A stretch of DNA of 64,000 nucleotides, taken from Microbotryum violaceum. Lineage: Eukaryota. The DNA lies in contig CDLV01000004.1 of NCBI GenBank assembly GCA_001244265.2, positions 2,356,001 through 2,420,000 on the forward strand, given 5' to 3'. A program made the translations under genes and the position numbers. Positions 49,933 to 61,900 of this stretch are shown one piece after another. A model generated the notes under the pieces. That model saw nothing but the letters and a program-made list of their open reading frames with translations, had not been told where the DNA came from and did not search any database. The stretch's first letter is position 1. Each line of letters opens with the position of its first letter.

Positions 49933-50913
49933 TTGGGATCATCGCTGATTCCAACACAGGCAACGGCATTGACCGCACTGGATGCCCGGTACAAGGAAGA
50001 CCCCCTGTTTCAACCATTGGTGACATTCTTGACAACATGCCAATTCCCCACCGGGGCATCACACTCGGAGAAGGGCCGCCTTCGCCCGCTGGCTAGGCGC
50101 TACGCAATCCGGGCCCCTGATGTCTTGCTCTTCAAGCAAAGTGAAAAGACCAGGGAGTGCATCCCCCTCCATGAAGGACAGCAGTTGATTGAAGACACGC
50201 ACACAGCGCTGAACCACGCGGGCAGAGATCTAATGGTGGTACACCTGTCTGAACGGTTTTACTGGCCCGGCATGGCACAATTGGTCGCTCCAGTAATTGT
50301 CACATGCGACCGATGCCAACAATTTGGGAAACGCATCATCCGGTCCAAGTTATGGCCGATCACGGTGCTAGCACCAATGGACCTTCTGGCAATGGATTAT
50401 TTCTCCTTACCCGTGAGCCCCAACAAGTACAAATCAGTCTTGGTGGTCACAGATCTCTTCTCCCGCTATGTATTGGCCTTCAAATTCAAAGGAGAAGGCA
50501 CAGCAAAACGCACCATCGAAGGATTGGTTGAGATCATCAAGACCTTTGGAACACCACGGAGCCTGATGAGCGACGGTGGAACCCATTTCAAGAATGCAAA
50601 CGTCGAGGCGTTTTGCCCAGACAAGGGCATACTCCGCATCACTACCCCGCCCTATGCACCGCATACTAACGGGGCCGTGGAAGGAGCCAACAAACGCATT
50701 CTGCAAGCGATTTCCCGCGCTACAGTTGGGTCGGTCGACGCCACTACCTTCTCACCCTGGTGTCAGTCACTTGAAGCGGTGGTGTACGCGATGAACAATA
50801 GGATTATCCCTGCCACTGGATATCGACCAGCGGATCTGATGTTCACCTTCGCGAGGTCGATGCCTTCCGAAGGGGCACCCCCTGAAGAGCAAGCAATCGA
50901 GATCCTCGCGTAG
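49933..50913 (+). CDS. Gypsy integrase fragment
   Basis: H..NHAG..CDRC, LLAMDY, VTDLFSRY, SDGGTHF, NGAVEGAN. Confidence 0.9.
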   Translation: MGSSLIPTQATALTALDARYKEDPLFQPLVTFLTTCQFPTGASHSEKGRLRPLARRYAIRAPDVLLFKQSEKTRECIPLHEGQQLIEDTHTALNHAGRDLMVVHLSERFYWPGMAQLVAPVIVTCDRCQQFGKRIIRSKLWPITVLAPMDLLAMDYFSLPVSPNKYKSVLVVTDLFSRYVLAFKFKGEGTAKRTIEGLVEIIKTFGTPRSLMSDGGTHFKNANVEAFCPDKGILRITTPPYAPHTNGAVEGANKRILQAISRATVGSVDATTFSPWCQSLEAVVYAMNNRIIPATGYRPADLMFTFARSMPSEGAPPEEQAIEILA

Positions 50914-51231
50914 GCGCTCACGTTGTGGGCCGACCTGACACTGAGGGCAGCATGCATGGTCGCGGACGCAGAGGGACGTGTCTCGACCGCGTACCAGACC
51001 ATGTTGGACGCCCAAGCACGCCGGAAGGAGGCCAAGGACCGCCAACTCCAACGTTGGACCAAAGCCATTCCGAAAGACGAAAGGGACCGCCCATTCAGGA
51101 GAGGCGACCTCGTCCTTGTTCATGCCTCTTGGCTTGAGGCAAGTCGAATTGGAGGAAAACTTCAGGCACACTGGCTGGGACCGCACCGTGCGGTGGCTCC
51201 TGCTACACGCACGGACGACGCGGAAACTCCC

Positions 51232-51488
51232 AGTGACGAGCACGTGAGGTGGCGACGGGATGAGGTGCGATGGGTAAGGTGTGAAGCGCAGGAGGGAGAA
51301 AGATGGAGAAGCCTGCGCCTCAGTTTAAACCGGACTCATAGTGCTCCATTACGCCCTGCAATTCTCAGTTGGCTCGTAAACTAAGGAGAACAGCCTGACT
51401 TTGAGACCTTATCTAGTGCAGCAAACAACTCGTGATATAGTCTCGAGTGGTGCTCTAATTACATACATCAACCTAAGAATGTGTAACA
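51232..51488. repeat. Possible solo LTR
   Basis: Bounded by imperfect inverted ends AGTGAC...TGTAACA and truncates the Gypsy ORF; single copy, unconfirmed. Confidence 0.3.
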
Positions 51489-51619
51489 TCTCCAGATTCG
51501 AAGATGTGGTGGTCTTGGAATTGGACAAGGTTTCTAAAGGATTCAAGCTAATGAGCAATTCGAAAAACCGCGCCCCTGCATCTTCAACCGGACGACCGAA
51601 TAGAGAGTGCTCTGCCTCG

Positions 51620-52720
51620 TGTCAGTGCCAGGCGTCGACTCGGCGCAGAGGGGTCGCAGTTGAATATGGAAACACAGATATCGCATATGTGTCGGGAGCT
51701 GTTACAGCTGGCCCTGCGCCTTGCGCAAGCTCGGCCGCGGTGGGAGGCGACCGCATTGTATTCGGGATGATGGACACGAGTTGGCGAAGACGCTCGACGC
51801 CGATCAGGCTGAGGGTGCGAGGACCATCCACATCGAATCTCTCGTACAACCGCCGGATGTCCATGGAAACTGGGAAGACATCGACCAATGAAAGCAATCG
51901 CTTCTCCTTCAGCGTCGTTATACCTAGCTCAACAAAACACATGACTTCGCCGGCGCGCTGTGAATCGTCGGCCTCCATTGACATCTGTGGATCCCAGATT
52001 GGTTGTCAAGAATTTCTCGGCTGAAATCAGATGCAATGAGTTTTTTTGGTGGTACTCACTCGCACAATCTAGTCGTCTTGCAGTTGACGGTGCCTTGCGT
52101 GTTTCGCATTTCGTTACCGGATCCGAGCAACGTGACTGCCGATGCACCTGCACCCTCAAGGCGCCGCCATCCTTCGTCGAGCGAGCTGCCAAAGTCCATC
52201 GCATAGATGGTTCTTGGTGTAGTCGTTTTCATTCGACCCCAGAGAGTTATCGACGTGACACTGCCTCCCTTGAAGACTGCGACCTCTTCGGTCAAGTCGT
52301 CGAAATCTTGCGAAGGGCGTCGCGCCGTTTTCTTGAGCGTGTGCAGCTTGTAGCCCGGCAGCTGGGCATGCAAGGCATGACCCCTCGCAAAGTGTCCCGG
52401 AGATCGTCCATTGTAGGTATGTCGTACTTGAGTCGGAGGATCATCATCATGTTCCGCATCTCCGCCGAATTCATGCCAGACTCAACAAGTTTTGACTTGC
52501 TTCTCATCCCCCCTTTGATGTAACCCATCATCGTCTCCGTTCTGCAAGCCGAGTACTCGCGAAGCGGCCCCATTATCTTCATAACATCGGGAACGTGCAT
52601 AAGACGATGATTCGTGGCGGGGGAACAGATGAAGGAACTCGGAATCTCGATCATAGAGAAGCTTCTCGCGCAGTAGCAGTGTCTGTTCGATGAGAACATA
52701 GAGGTAGGTGTACGTTGTCA
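51620..52720 (-). pseudogene. CACTA/EnSpm-like transposase C-terminal relic
   Basis: NHRLMHVPDVMKIMGPLREYSACRTETMMGYIK resembles the HxLxH...GP...E..G motif of Tnp2-like transposases. Confidence 0.5.
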
Positions 52721-53072
52721 TTTGATATGTGTCTGTGCCTGTGGTATATCTGCGCGGATGCGCGTGCGTTTAGTCATTAGTCACTTTGGTATTGGAGTTT
52801 GACCTGTTTAAGTTAGGGAGCTGTCAGGGTCAAGTCCGAAGAGGAAGAGATGATGATAGGAGTGGAGGTAACGAAGATCTATCCAACGTCACACCGTGAA
52901 AGGTATAACGTCAATAGCACTTGTATGCCTGAGACCACAGATCGTGTCGCGCTTGGACCTGTCGTCCGCACCCCGGATCCTGCGTTTGATCGGACGTCGT
53001 GTACGCTTGGAGAGATGTGACGGAATGGTAATGACACCCTCTTCTTCGCCAGTTGAGTCACTATCGTCCACT

Positions 53073-53850
53073 TCACCATGACCTCATGACGCTCACGAGG
53101 AAGACGATGCAGCTTCCATTCGGCCCGAGATGGAACAGGTTGGAGCGTTGTCGCGTAAGTCTGCTCTTGCTGTCGCCGGTGTGCAGCAGCGATCGGTGAC
53201 TGTGGGCTTCATTGAAGAAAATGATGGTCCAAATATTGCATTCTCCTTTGGAGATAGCAGTGGCAGGGAAGGCGCACGGAGGATCTTGGACACTCTTGCT
53301 CACGACGCGTGTCACTGCAGACTTGCGAATGTCGAGCTGAAACTGGTGATCAAGCGCATATTGATGGCCCGCATCTGTGAGCTCCTTCTTTTCGTACAGA
53401 CTTTTCCCCTCCCTGAAAAAATGTTCCATTGTCGAAAGTCGGTGGTGACTTCGATGTTGGGGCGAGAATGCGGAAGGTGGCCAACGTCGATTCGCGAACT
53501 CGCGCGCCTCGACGCGTCGACGATCGACGAGGCCCCCTGACTTTGCGACCGTGATAACTGAACTCTCATGGCATCTCTGGGGATTCTGAGTATACGGCGC
53601 TGATCACAACGACTACAAGAAGATACCCTTTTGGTTATGAGCTGATATATCAAGTGTTACAGAAGTCGAGAATCCGAGGGCATTTTGGTCCTTTAGAGAA
53701 GGGCATTTCTGTCCTCATGAAAAGAAGCGAGGGCATTTTCGTCCTTTCGCTATCTTTCGAGGGCATTTTGGTCCTTTTCTCAAAAAAAAAAAAATGCGCC
53801 TCCGGCTGGGCTTTCTGGGGTCCTGCTTTCGGGGGCCTGTCCTGGGGTGA
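53073..53850 (-). mobile_element. MULE-like element end: subterminal repeats and MuDR/FAR1-type DNA-binding domain relic
   Basis: KKELTDAGHQYALDHQFQLDIRKS...CAF...WTIIFFNEAHSH; four AGGGCATTTT-GTCCT repeats at 53676-53776; terminal motif shared with 11933-11960. Confidence 0.6.
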
Positions 53851-54043
53851 ATTGAAGCTTGAAGTGGACGCAGCCGCGCCTCGAGTCTCCAACCTCTTGC
53901 TCTGGCACGTGATCGGTCGCTTCGACCCACCCTTGAATACCAAGCAATCAAGGTTGGTACAAAGCAGCCACAGCTGTAGGGTAATGTGGTGGTGTCGACC
54001 CTCAACCGCAGCAGCAGCGCCAAGCCGGGCGTGTGTGTGCGCG

Positions 54044-56458
54044 ATGGAACGCTTCGACCCTTCCCAGCTCCCCCGTCAGCTGCTACACTTCTCGACACTG
54101 CAGCTCGTTGCCCAGGCCGTACCTTCCTTCACCCATGCTCGTTCCCTGCCGATCCACACCCTCTCGGACCTGCTGCAGGACTATCTGGGGCTGCTCGCGA
54201 GCTCAGCCAAGGCACGCGCCGAGCTCGCCGGAAGGGACAAGGTCTCGGTGTGGGATATCGGGGCTACCATGGACGACTTCGGCGTCGGACCAATCTATGA
54301 ACTTATGGACGAGGCGGTGAAGCCCAGATCACCACCTACAGAGGATGACCGGTTGCGGATACCCCAAGTCGCGCACGAGCTCGCAGGTCAGTCACCGGTC
54401 ATCGCATCCCATCGCAGACTCATCGCAGACTCCACGGTGCATCTGGCCACGACACATGTGTCACCTCCTTACACCCACCGAATACAAGACTGCGGCGCTG
54501 ATCTCGCTGATTGTGCTCCCACAGAACATCTCGATGTGGCACTGCCGCTGCCTCCGATCGCTCAGCTCGCGTATGACGTGTTGCACCCGATCGAGCTACA
54601 CACCTTGCACCATCTCCCCGATCTCATGCCTTCTTCAATCGACTCGCCCCCTTCAGATGATTCGGAGCTCGAGAGCTCCCCTCAGCACGTCAAGGCATCG
54701 ACTTCGCCCGTCAAGAATGGCCATCGATCGAACCCTTCCTTCACCCTTGTCAAGCAAGAGCCCGACGTCGGACATTCGCTCTTTCTCGATGCGTGGGATC
54801 AAGATCCGGCCTTTGATTTGGAAAAGGAGATTGACATGCTCAATCTGCCCATGTTGGGGAGGGGAGGAATGTACGCCGCCGCAGAGGAGCAGCAGGAACC
54901 GGTGGACGAGGATCCAGCGCTTGCGTGGAGGGATCCGTCGCTGATCCCGCCGTGGGTGCCCGACTTTCTACCACCGTTCCCGGGAATGGAGAAGCAGAGG
55001 GAAGCTCCGTTGGCCGTGAGAAGCCGGCGTGAACAAGCAGACTCGGCGTGGGACGGTCGGCCGCGAGGCGCCCAGTACGCTGCAGGAGGCGACCCCTGGA
55101 GCGCCCCCATCCCTTACAACACGTCGATGCTGTCTGACATGCACCCCATCAGTCACCTACCGCCTCTTTCCCCACCCCCGCTCTCGCCTACGATGCAAGA
55201 GGACGAGCCTCTACTCCCTCGGCCGACAAAACGACGACGTCGAGCCGTCTCGCCGCTTCCGTCGGCGCTCGATTCGCTCGATGCGTACCGCGCGGCCCTA
55301 CCCGAGATCTCTCACATGCCCACCTATCGACGACCCAATCTCGATCGGCGAAGGGCGGCAGCCATTATTGGTCTGCACCCCGATGTTTCCATCGCGGGCG
55401 TGGACTCGCTGTTTGGACTATTGCCGATGCCCTGGACACGACAACCGATTCGGCCGCCAGGATATTTGCCCGAGACGGCCACAACAGCAGCGATCCATCC
55501 TTTCAACACCGCTCTACCCCATACGGCTACCGTTCCGGTCCCCTATCACCAAGGTGCGGCCGGTACTCATCTTGCTGCTCCTGTTCCTCACCCCCGTGTG
55601 CCGACGACGCTCGCTCGCGCCAAGGATCAACTCTTCAAACCGAGCGAAACGAACAACAACCTCGCCATTTACTCTCGACTTACGCGCATCGGGCCCCCTG
55701 GTCCTTTGGGCCCCAAGGGGGAGGCTCTCGATTACGAGTACGTTGGACAAACGTCGATCATCGCTTTGAATGTCGACTGGCCCGTGCGAAGGCACGATCA
55801 ACGCCTACCCGTTCGAGACGACGAGGGTCTCGGAAGTGGGACGGTGGGGGGGATAGGATCGGCAGGAGGGACGGGAGGGACGTCGACTCCAGCGGCCAGT
55901 GGGATCAAGCTTAAGCTTGGTCGGGCGGGGAGTGCGAGCGTTGTCGGCAGTCCGGCACCTGCGACGATGCCTACGCCCGGACCATCGACGGGGACGTGGT
56001 CGACACCTGTGTATCTCTCGCGCGCGGATAGTCCCCTCTTGACGATGCATCGTGATTCCATCACCTCCATGGGTGGCGGTGGGGTCCGATACCCTTCCAT
56101 CAGTCGCGAAGCCTCCGTCGCGAGTCTCCCTCAAGCAGTCGCCGATATGCTAGTGGCAAACGGGATCCCCCTGGACCAACTCGAATCAACCGCATTGAAT
56201 TTAGTCGATCAAGCGATGACGACCTCGACGAACGACCTTTTCAACCAGATCGCGAATGACCAATCCGCCGCGCAATTTGATGCGAGTTTGTTTGGATTCG
56301 GCAATGCGTCGGGGGCGTTTGATCCGATCAGTTCGGATGGGTTGCTGAATGGGGGGGAGGAGCTCAAGCCGCCCGTAGGACCGATTAGCTTCAAGTTTAC
56401 GACTAATATGGATGACAGAGGTTCGGGTGCAGGGGCGTCGACTTCGACTGGGCATTGA
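54044..56458 (+). CDS. Bromodomain-associated (Bromo_TP) histone-fold protein, TAF3/TAF8-like
   Basis: HTLSDLLQDYLGLLASSAKARAELAGR...DI; later PPWVPDFLPPFP; probable intron from ~54388. Confidence 0.78.
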   Translation: MERFDPSQLPRQLLHFSTLQLVAQAVPSFTHARSLPIHTLSDLLQDYLGLLASSAKARAELAGRDKVSVWDIGATMDDFGVGPIYELMDEAVKPRSPPTEDDRLRIPQVAHELAGQSPVIASHRRLIADSTVHLATTHVSPPYTHRIQDCGADLADCAPTEHLDVALPLPPIAQLAYDVLHPIELHTLHHLPDLMPSSIDSPPSDDSELESSPQHVKASTSPVKNGHRSNPSFTLVKQEPDVGHSLFLDAWDQDPAFDLEKEIDMLNLPMLGRGGMYAAAEEQQEPVDEDPALAWRDPSLIPPWVPDFLPPFPGMEKQREAPLAVRSRREQADSAWDGRPRGAQYAAGGDPWSAPIPYNTSMLSDMHPISHLPPLSPPPLSPTMQEDEPLLPRPTKRRRRAVSPLPSALDSLDAYRAALPEISHMPTYRRPNLDRRRAAAIIGLHPDVSIAGVDSLFGLLPMPWTRQPIRPPGYLPETATTAAIHPFNTALPHTATVPVPYHQGAAGTHLAAPVPHPRVPTTLARAKDQLFKPSETNNNLAIYSRLTRIGPPGPLGPKGEALDYEYVGQTSIIALNVDWPVRRHDQRLPVRDDEGLGSGTVGGIGSAGGTGGTSTPAASGIKLKLGRAGSASVVGSPAPATMPTPGPSTGTWSTPVYLSRADSPLLTMHRDSITSMGGGGVRYPSISREASVASLPQAVADMLVANGIPLDQLESTALNLVDQAMTTSTNDLFNQIANDQSAAQFDASLFGFGNASGAFDPISSDGLLNGGEELKPPVGPISFKFTTNMDDRGSGAGASTSTGH

Positions 56459-56613
56459 TCGGGCGAGTAGGATGGTCCCTGGATGTAGCATGTGCAAAGA
56501 AGGCCTTTCGAAGCACCAAGCATTGCAATCGCTTAATGATAACAATCAGACAAGATTGCAGAGCTATGATAGTAGTCCAAGAGCATACAGCAAAGTATGC
56601 AAGCAGGTGAAAC

Positions 56614-58429
56614 TCATGCCAACTCTTTCCCACCCATGATCATCTCAGCAAGATACTCATGCACCTCCCCTCCTGCGCGTCGAAAGTCCGCGAAAGGGTC
56701 CTCGCCTCTCTTGACAGCTTGAATTGTTTCTCGCAGTCGAATATGCATATCGATCTTGTCCGGAAGCTGCAAAGACGTCGCCGAGAGGGTGAGCTGCGAC
56801 GAAGCAGAGCTGTCCAGGGTATGCATCCGCACACACCTGATACGGTCTGACCAGTCCAGACGGTGAAGGGAACAACCAAAGGTACGTTTTTGTGCGCCTC
56901 GTCGATCCTTGAACATGCTTTTCGTAAGGTGGGAAGGATAGTATAACGGGTTGCAGGCCCAAATCCCGGGCCCAACCTTTGGGAAGCGCTTTGGGCTCGG
57001 TCTTGATCTTGGTGTCGACCCCTGATATCATGAGTTGTCGACCTTCTTTCTCCTCCTCTTTAGTCTTGGTATGGACACCGACATGCGTGTCCTCCTTCTT
57101 CAACCCAAGTGGACTCTCGACCTTCGGCCTCGGACTTTGGTGTCGCTTGACGAGTGTACGAGACTTGGGAACGAAATAATCGGCTTCGTCAGAATCGTAG
57201 CTTGCATCCAAGATCGGTAAAGGCACAACAGGTGGCAGTTCTTGATCACCCCGATACTCATACGTTCTCTTAGCCCCCTCATGCGCCACCAAATAATCCC
57301 TGAAGACCCTGCCGACGTCCAGTCCAGCAAAGGCGACGAAATGAGGTCGATTCTTCTCGATCTTGGCGAGAAGGTTCGCGCACCCGGCTCTCTTCTCATC
57401 CTTTTTCAATTCGGTCTCTTGGCGTGTTGGTCGTTCGACGAGATTCGTTAATCCAATGGAGCATTTCTTGATGAGTTTTCGACAGGCAGAAGGGTCGACT
57501 CGGCGGGGCGTGAGGCCGGATTGGTGCAGGCACGTATAGAAATGGTTGGAGGGGTGGGCATCTGGAGGCGGGAGATGAAACGAGTCGGGTGAGCTCCTTG
57601 TTGAAGAGCAAGCTGCCATGAGTTTTGCATACGCACAGTGGTGCCCAGTTCTCGCACTCTGACATCCAGGATTGATGCCGCAGATGACCAGGTCTAGCCC
57701 GGAGACGAGGTAGTCGGTCAAAGGGTCCAAGTCGGCGTGAACGGAAGGATCAGCGAATTTCAGCGCGGGTGTTGTCGCCGGTTTCTTCGGCGGACTCGGT
57801 GGCAAAGCCGGCTTGGATGATGCAGAACGTTTGCGTTTCTTGTGCTTGTTGACGAGACGAGACGAGGTCCGCGAAGAGAGGGCAAAGTTGTCGTCGTCGG
57901 TGGAGCCGTAGCAGATGTCGTTCTCGCCATCGAGGTCCGAGAGTGAGCTTTCCGAAGAAGGGTCGCTGGGAGAGGATTCAAAGTGAGGACTTGAAAGAAG
58001 AGATGCTCTTGGACCGGGACGAAGTGATGTAGTCGTCGATGGTCGTGTGCTCGGACTCGTGATGGCCGGCTGGGATCGGGATGTGGAGCTGCGACTCGAG
58101 CGCCGAGGCCGACGACTCTGACTGCGTGCGGGTGTCACAGATGCTTTGATAGGAACTATGATGTTTGAACTGGAGGTGGATGCTACGGGTGAGGCTGCTG
58201 CGGATTCCCTCATGGCCAGTAAGCGCGGCCGCGGCGGCAAAGCAGATGCCGGTGGCACTTTTGACATCCAGTCGCGTCGATCGCGACTGCCGGCGGCGGT
58301 GGGGTGCAGAAAGCGCTGCAACAGGCTCGAGAATGCAGACAGGCCTGCTGGTGCTTCGTGCTCGAAGTTGGCCAGGTTGGGTTTGTTGTCCATATCGCAA
58401 AAGGGACTGTGCGACTCGAGCTTGCCCAT
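56614..58429 (-). CDS. G:T/U mismatch-specific DNA glycosylase (TDG/MUG family)
   Basis: LVICGINPG, GHH/AHPSNHF, IGLTNLVERPT, PSPSG; two GT-AG introns; start uncertain. Confidence 0.93.
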
Positions 58430-58993
58430 GGTGGACACTGGGACGGGGCACGGATCGCTTGTTCACGCCCGACAGGGAACAGAAAGTCAAGAAACACTTC
58501 TCGTCGTCGGCGGGCATGAGTGACTGGCGCACTGGCATCGACGCTCAAATTGACAAAAGTTTCTTTAATTCAGGGGCACCAAGGAGATTGGCGCAATTTC
58601 TGGAAAAATACTGCAACGTAGCTCCGATCTACTGTTTCAATGGTTCCTTTTGTCGCGGTACACTATATATAGTCACACCCGAAAATCCAAGTCCGACTCG
58701 GACGCACGGCACCCCCAGCGCACGGACCTCCCGATTCGCGTCGAAGCTGTGAGAGGGTGTCGACTGTCGCGTCCGACCGAGAAGAGCTGTCTGCCCGTCG
58801 CCTGCTGCAACGCCTCCCTCGCACCAGCGCCACCTGCTTCGGGATTTGCTCTCGAGCGATGAACATCCTTGGTCTGGAGGAGGATGGGTGGTCACCCCAA
58901 TCGCCGGCACCTTCACCCGTGTCGGCTCGTTGTACAGCTTCTGAACGCGACGAGACGCGCCGACCCCTGATCATGACTTGCACGCTTCAACCG

Positions 58994-61900
58994 ATGACGA
59001 CACCCACAGAACGGTCCAGTAGCGTCGCCCCCTCGGACTTGGGTGAAAGGGAAGAACGATCGGTCAGGCTCGAACAAGAAGACTACTGGGAACGCATCGA
59101 GGAACTCGCGAGAATGACCGCCTTGGCAGACCATCTCGAGCTGCAGCAGCCCGTTCAGGTCAGTCCTCTTCCCATGGCTCTGTTCAGCATCGACCCGGGA
59201 ATTGACTGGTGAGATTGCTTGGCATCAGACTCCCCGATCAGCGATGATTTCACATGGACAAGCTGAGACCTCTACCGTGCACCCACCTGCCCCTGGTCCG
59301 AGCACCTCGGCCCTTTCGACAACCAGTGTTAGACCGCCTGCCGCGAATCGAATTGGCACGGCCTCGCCTCGCAGACGGATTGCCACATCTCCCGTGGAGT
59401 TCCCATCGATCAGTTTCTCGTTCCAACAGAACTCGCCTCTTCCCTCCCCGACCCGCGAATTCGATCGACCCTTACCCGGACCAGGCCCCCGTCTCGGCAG
59501 TCCGAACAACGTCCCCTCGTCTATTCATTCATCCCAAATCTCAGTCGAGTCGCGCACACTCTCGCAGATACTGGCCTCGCCCTCGGGTGCCCATCAGTCG
59601 CAAGTGATCGTCCCATCCTCTTCCCCTTCCCCTTCCCCTTCCGACTGCTCCGAGAATCGCCACTCGCCTCGCGCTCGATCAAACTCTGCGCATGCCGTCC
59701 GCCCATCTCGATCTCCAACGCCAAACCGTCCTCGACCTCATCTACCGGCCCTCTCTCCGTCTTCAAAGTTATCCTCACCTTCTTCATCTGCGCCCGATTC
59801 CACAGCCCAAATACGTTCTCCCGAACCCGAACCGGCAGATCGAGGACTGCGCCAACGCACCTTGGCCCAACTCAACCCTTATTCGATCGAACAAGCGCGC
59901 TACACCCGTACCTTGCTCAAGAACGGCTGGCAAGGTGCAGTCGTGGCCGGAGTCAAGAAGGGGGACGAGATGACGAAAGAAGAGATGATGAGGAGAAAGG
60001 AGGAGTTGAGGAAGAAGGGCAAGGATGATTTAGGGGGGTGGTTGGAGTTTGAGGAAGGGGAGATGGTTAGGAGAGGCGAGGATGGATCTGAAAGGATGGA
60101 TACTGAACAGACTAGTGGGTCAGAGGACGGCGAGGCTCTGCTTGAGAGGGAGGCGAGGAGGAGGAAGAGGCTGCAGAGGGAAGTGACGCGAGCGATGGGG
60201 CCGAGAGGGGTGGGAATCTTAGGTGGGCGATCGCCTACTGTCAGACTGTTTGAAGAACCTAAGGCCGACTTTGTTCTTTTTCAGAATTATTTGTGCCGCT
60301 ACGCAGGCCGAATGACGGCAACGACCATCGAGGCACTCCTGTGCAAAGAGCTAATCAGGATCAAGCTCACCCAGCAGCCAGGCGGATACCCGGGAAACTG
60401 TCCAAAGGCATGAATCGATCGCGGATACGAAAGAACGAGGGGGAAGAACACACACCGGATGAATCCACGGAGCAGGACGATACGGATTTGTCCGCCTCAT
60501 CGAGCGCTCCTGTCGTCGGTGAGTCGAGCAAGAAACGGAAGAGGGCACTGCCGTCCAAGTCGCTTCTCGCGCGATCGAAACGGTCTGCGTTGGACAAGTC
60601 AGCTCTCGATTGTAGGATTTTGGAGGTTGAGATGTCGGCATCTTCCGACTCATCTGATCAGGAGGAGGATTCGGACGAAGAAGAGGATGAAGATCAGTCC
60701 ATGAATTCAGCATCGTCCTCGTCACCTCGAAGACCGCCTTTGGTATCGCCCAAAGACAAGACGAAGCTCCAAGGCAAGCGGAAGAAAGCGCTAAGGATGA
60801 TGATGCCCGCCGTATTCATGAAGAAGGCCCAGAAAGACCTTGTCGCGATGGAAAGGGAGAAACGAGAGGGTTTAACGAGCGCCTCGGATTTCGGATCGGG
60901 CGATGACGAGCGGCTGTCATCGTCGGATCATGCGCCGGCTAAGGGGGTTGCGAGAATCAGAAGGATTCCGGGACTTGACCTGGCAGGGCCCTTGAGGCTC
61001 AAAGGGGCTGCTTTTACAGACGAGTCGGGTGAGGATGAGGACATGATGGGTCGAGGATCCGAGGAGGAAGCGGAGGAGGACGCCGTCGAGTCGTGGTTGC
61101 ACGCTTTTGCACCTCGGCGACAGGTCAACGACGATGAAGATATCGTTGATCGGTTCCTGAAGATGGCGAAGAGAAACACGGTGGGAACCAATAGGAAGAA
61201 CACCAAAGCCGGAAACCCTGCTGGTTCGAAGACGAACGAGAAGAGCAAGACGCACAGGCGCCCTCCTTTGCACGACAAGGGCAATCGCCCTTCACACGAT
61301 CAAACTGGGCTCACAGCGAATAAAGCTAACACCCGACCGAGTGACCAACACAGTCGGAGCAATCGAAGATTGTCTAGGCCCATGAGAAAAGCGGTCTCGC
61401 TCGACACGGGTGACGCCATCTTCAGTTATGCGCGGCAGGCAAGTCTACACCTTGTCCTCGACGAAGAACCCGGACAAAGCGATATCGAGCAAATGTCTCC
61501 TCGCTTGGCCCTTCGGAATATGGGAGGAGTGCCAGCCGTGGTCACTCGGGACGCTCCTCGGCCCCCTTCGATGACCGCGACGAAGACGACGACGGCGGCG
61601 GCGCCTTCACGAGCGCCAGCAGATGAGAACGAGCACTGGGCAACCTTCGGCAAGTTTTCGCACGACTTTGAGATTGAGCTTCTGCCGGTTGGTCTTCAGC
61701 TCGATGACTCCTCTTTCGTTCGTCGCGGTCACCTCGAATCACTCCTCCGTCGACATACGCCTGACGAGTCAGCTCACAATACTCGTCTCACATTGGGCGA
61801 ACTGGCACTCGATGGCGCCATGACTCCGGAGGCGGTCGAAGCGATGCTACCACAGTTCTGCGACGGCGTCTTTGAAGTGATATGCCAAGGTGACGAGGCC

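Larger units (their letters stand above)
44400..51230 (+). mobile_element. Ty3/Gypsy element (gag-pol), degenerate, LTRs not identified
   Basis: gag CCHC; RT LDMHSGY, MPFGLKGAPATF, WMDD; RNase H VETDAS; integrase HHCC and DDE core; RT-RH-IN order; limits approximate. Confidence 0.93.

Noticed and set aside
53676-53776. Repeats with short variable spacers, CRISPR-like
   Set aside because: Spacers are only ~6-14 bp and the array lies in a MULE-like end
53654-54043. N-terminal 130 aa of the 934-aa ORF
   Set aside because: Runs through transposon-end repeats from a non-ATG start; likely start is ATG 54044
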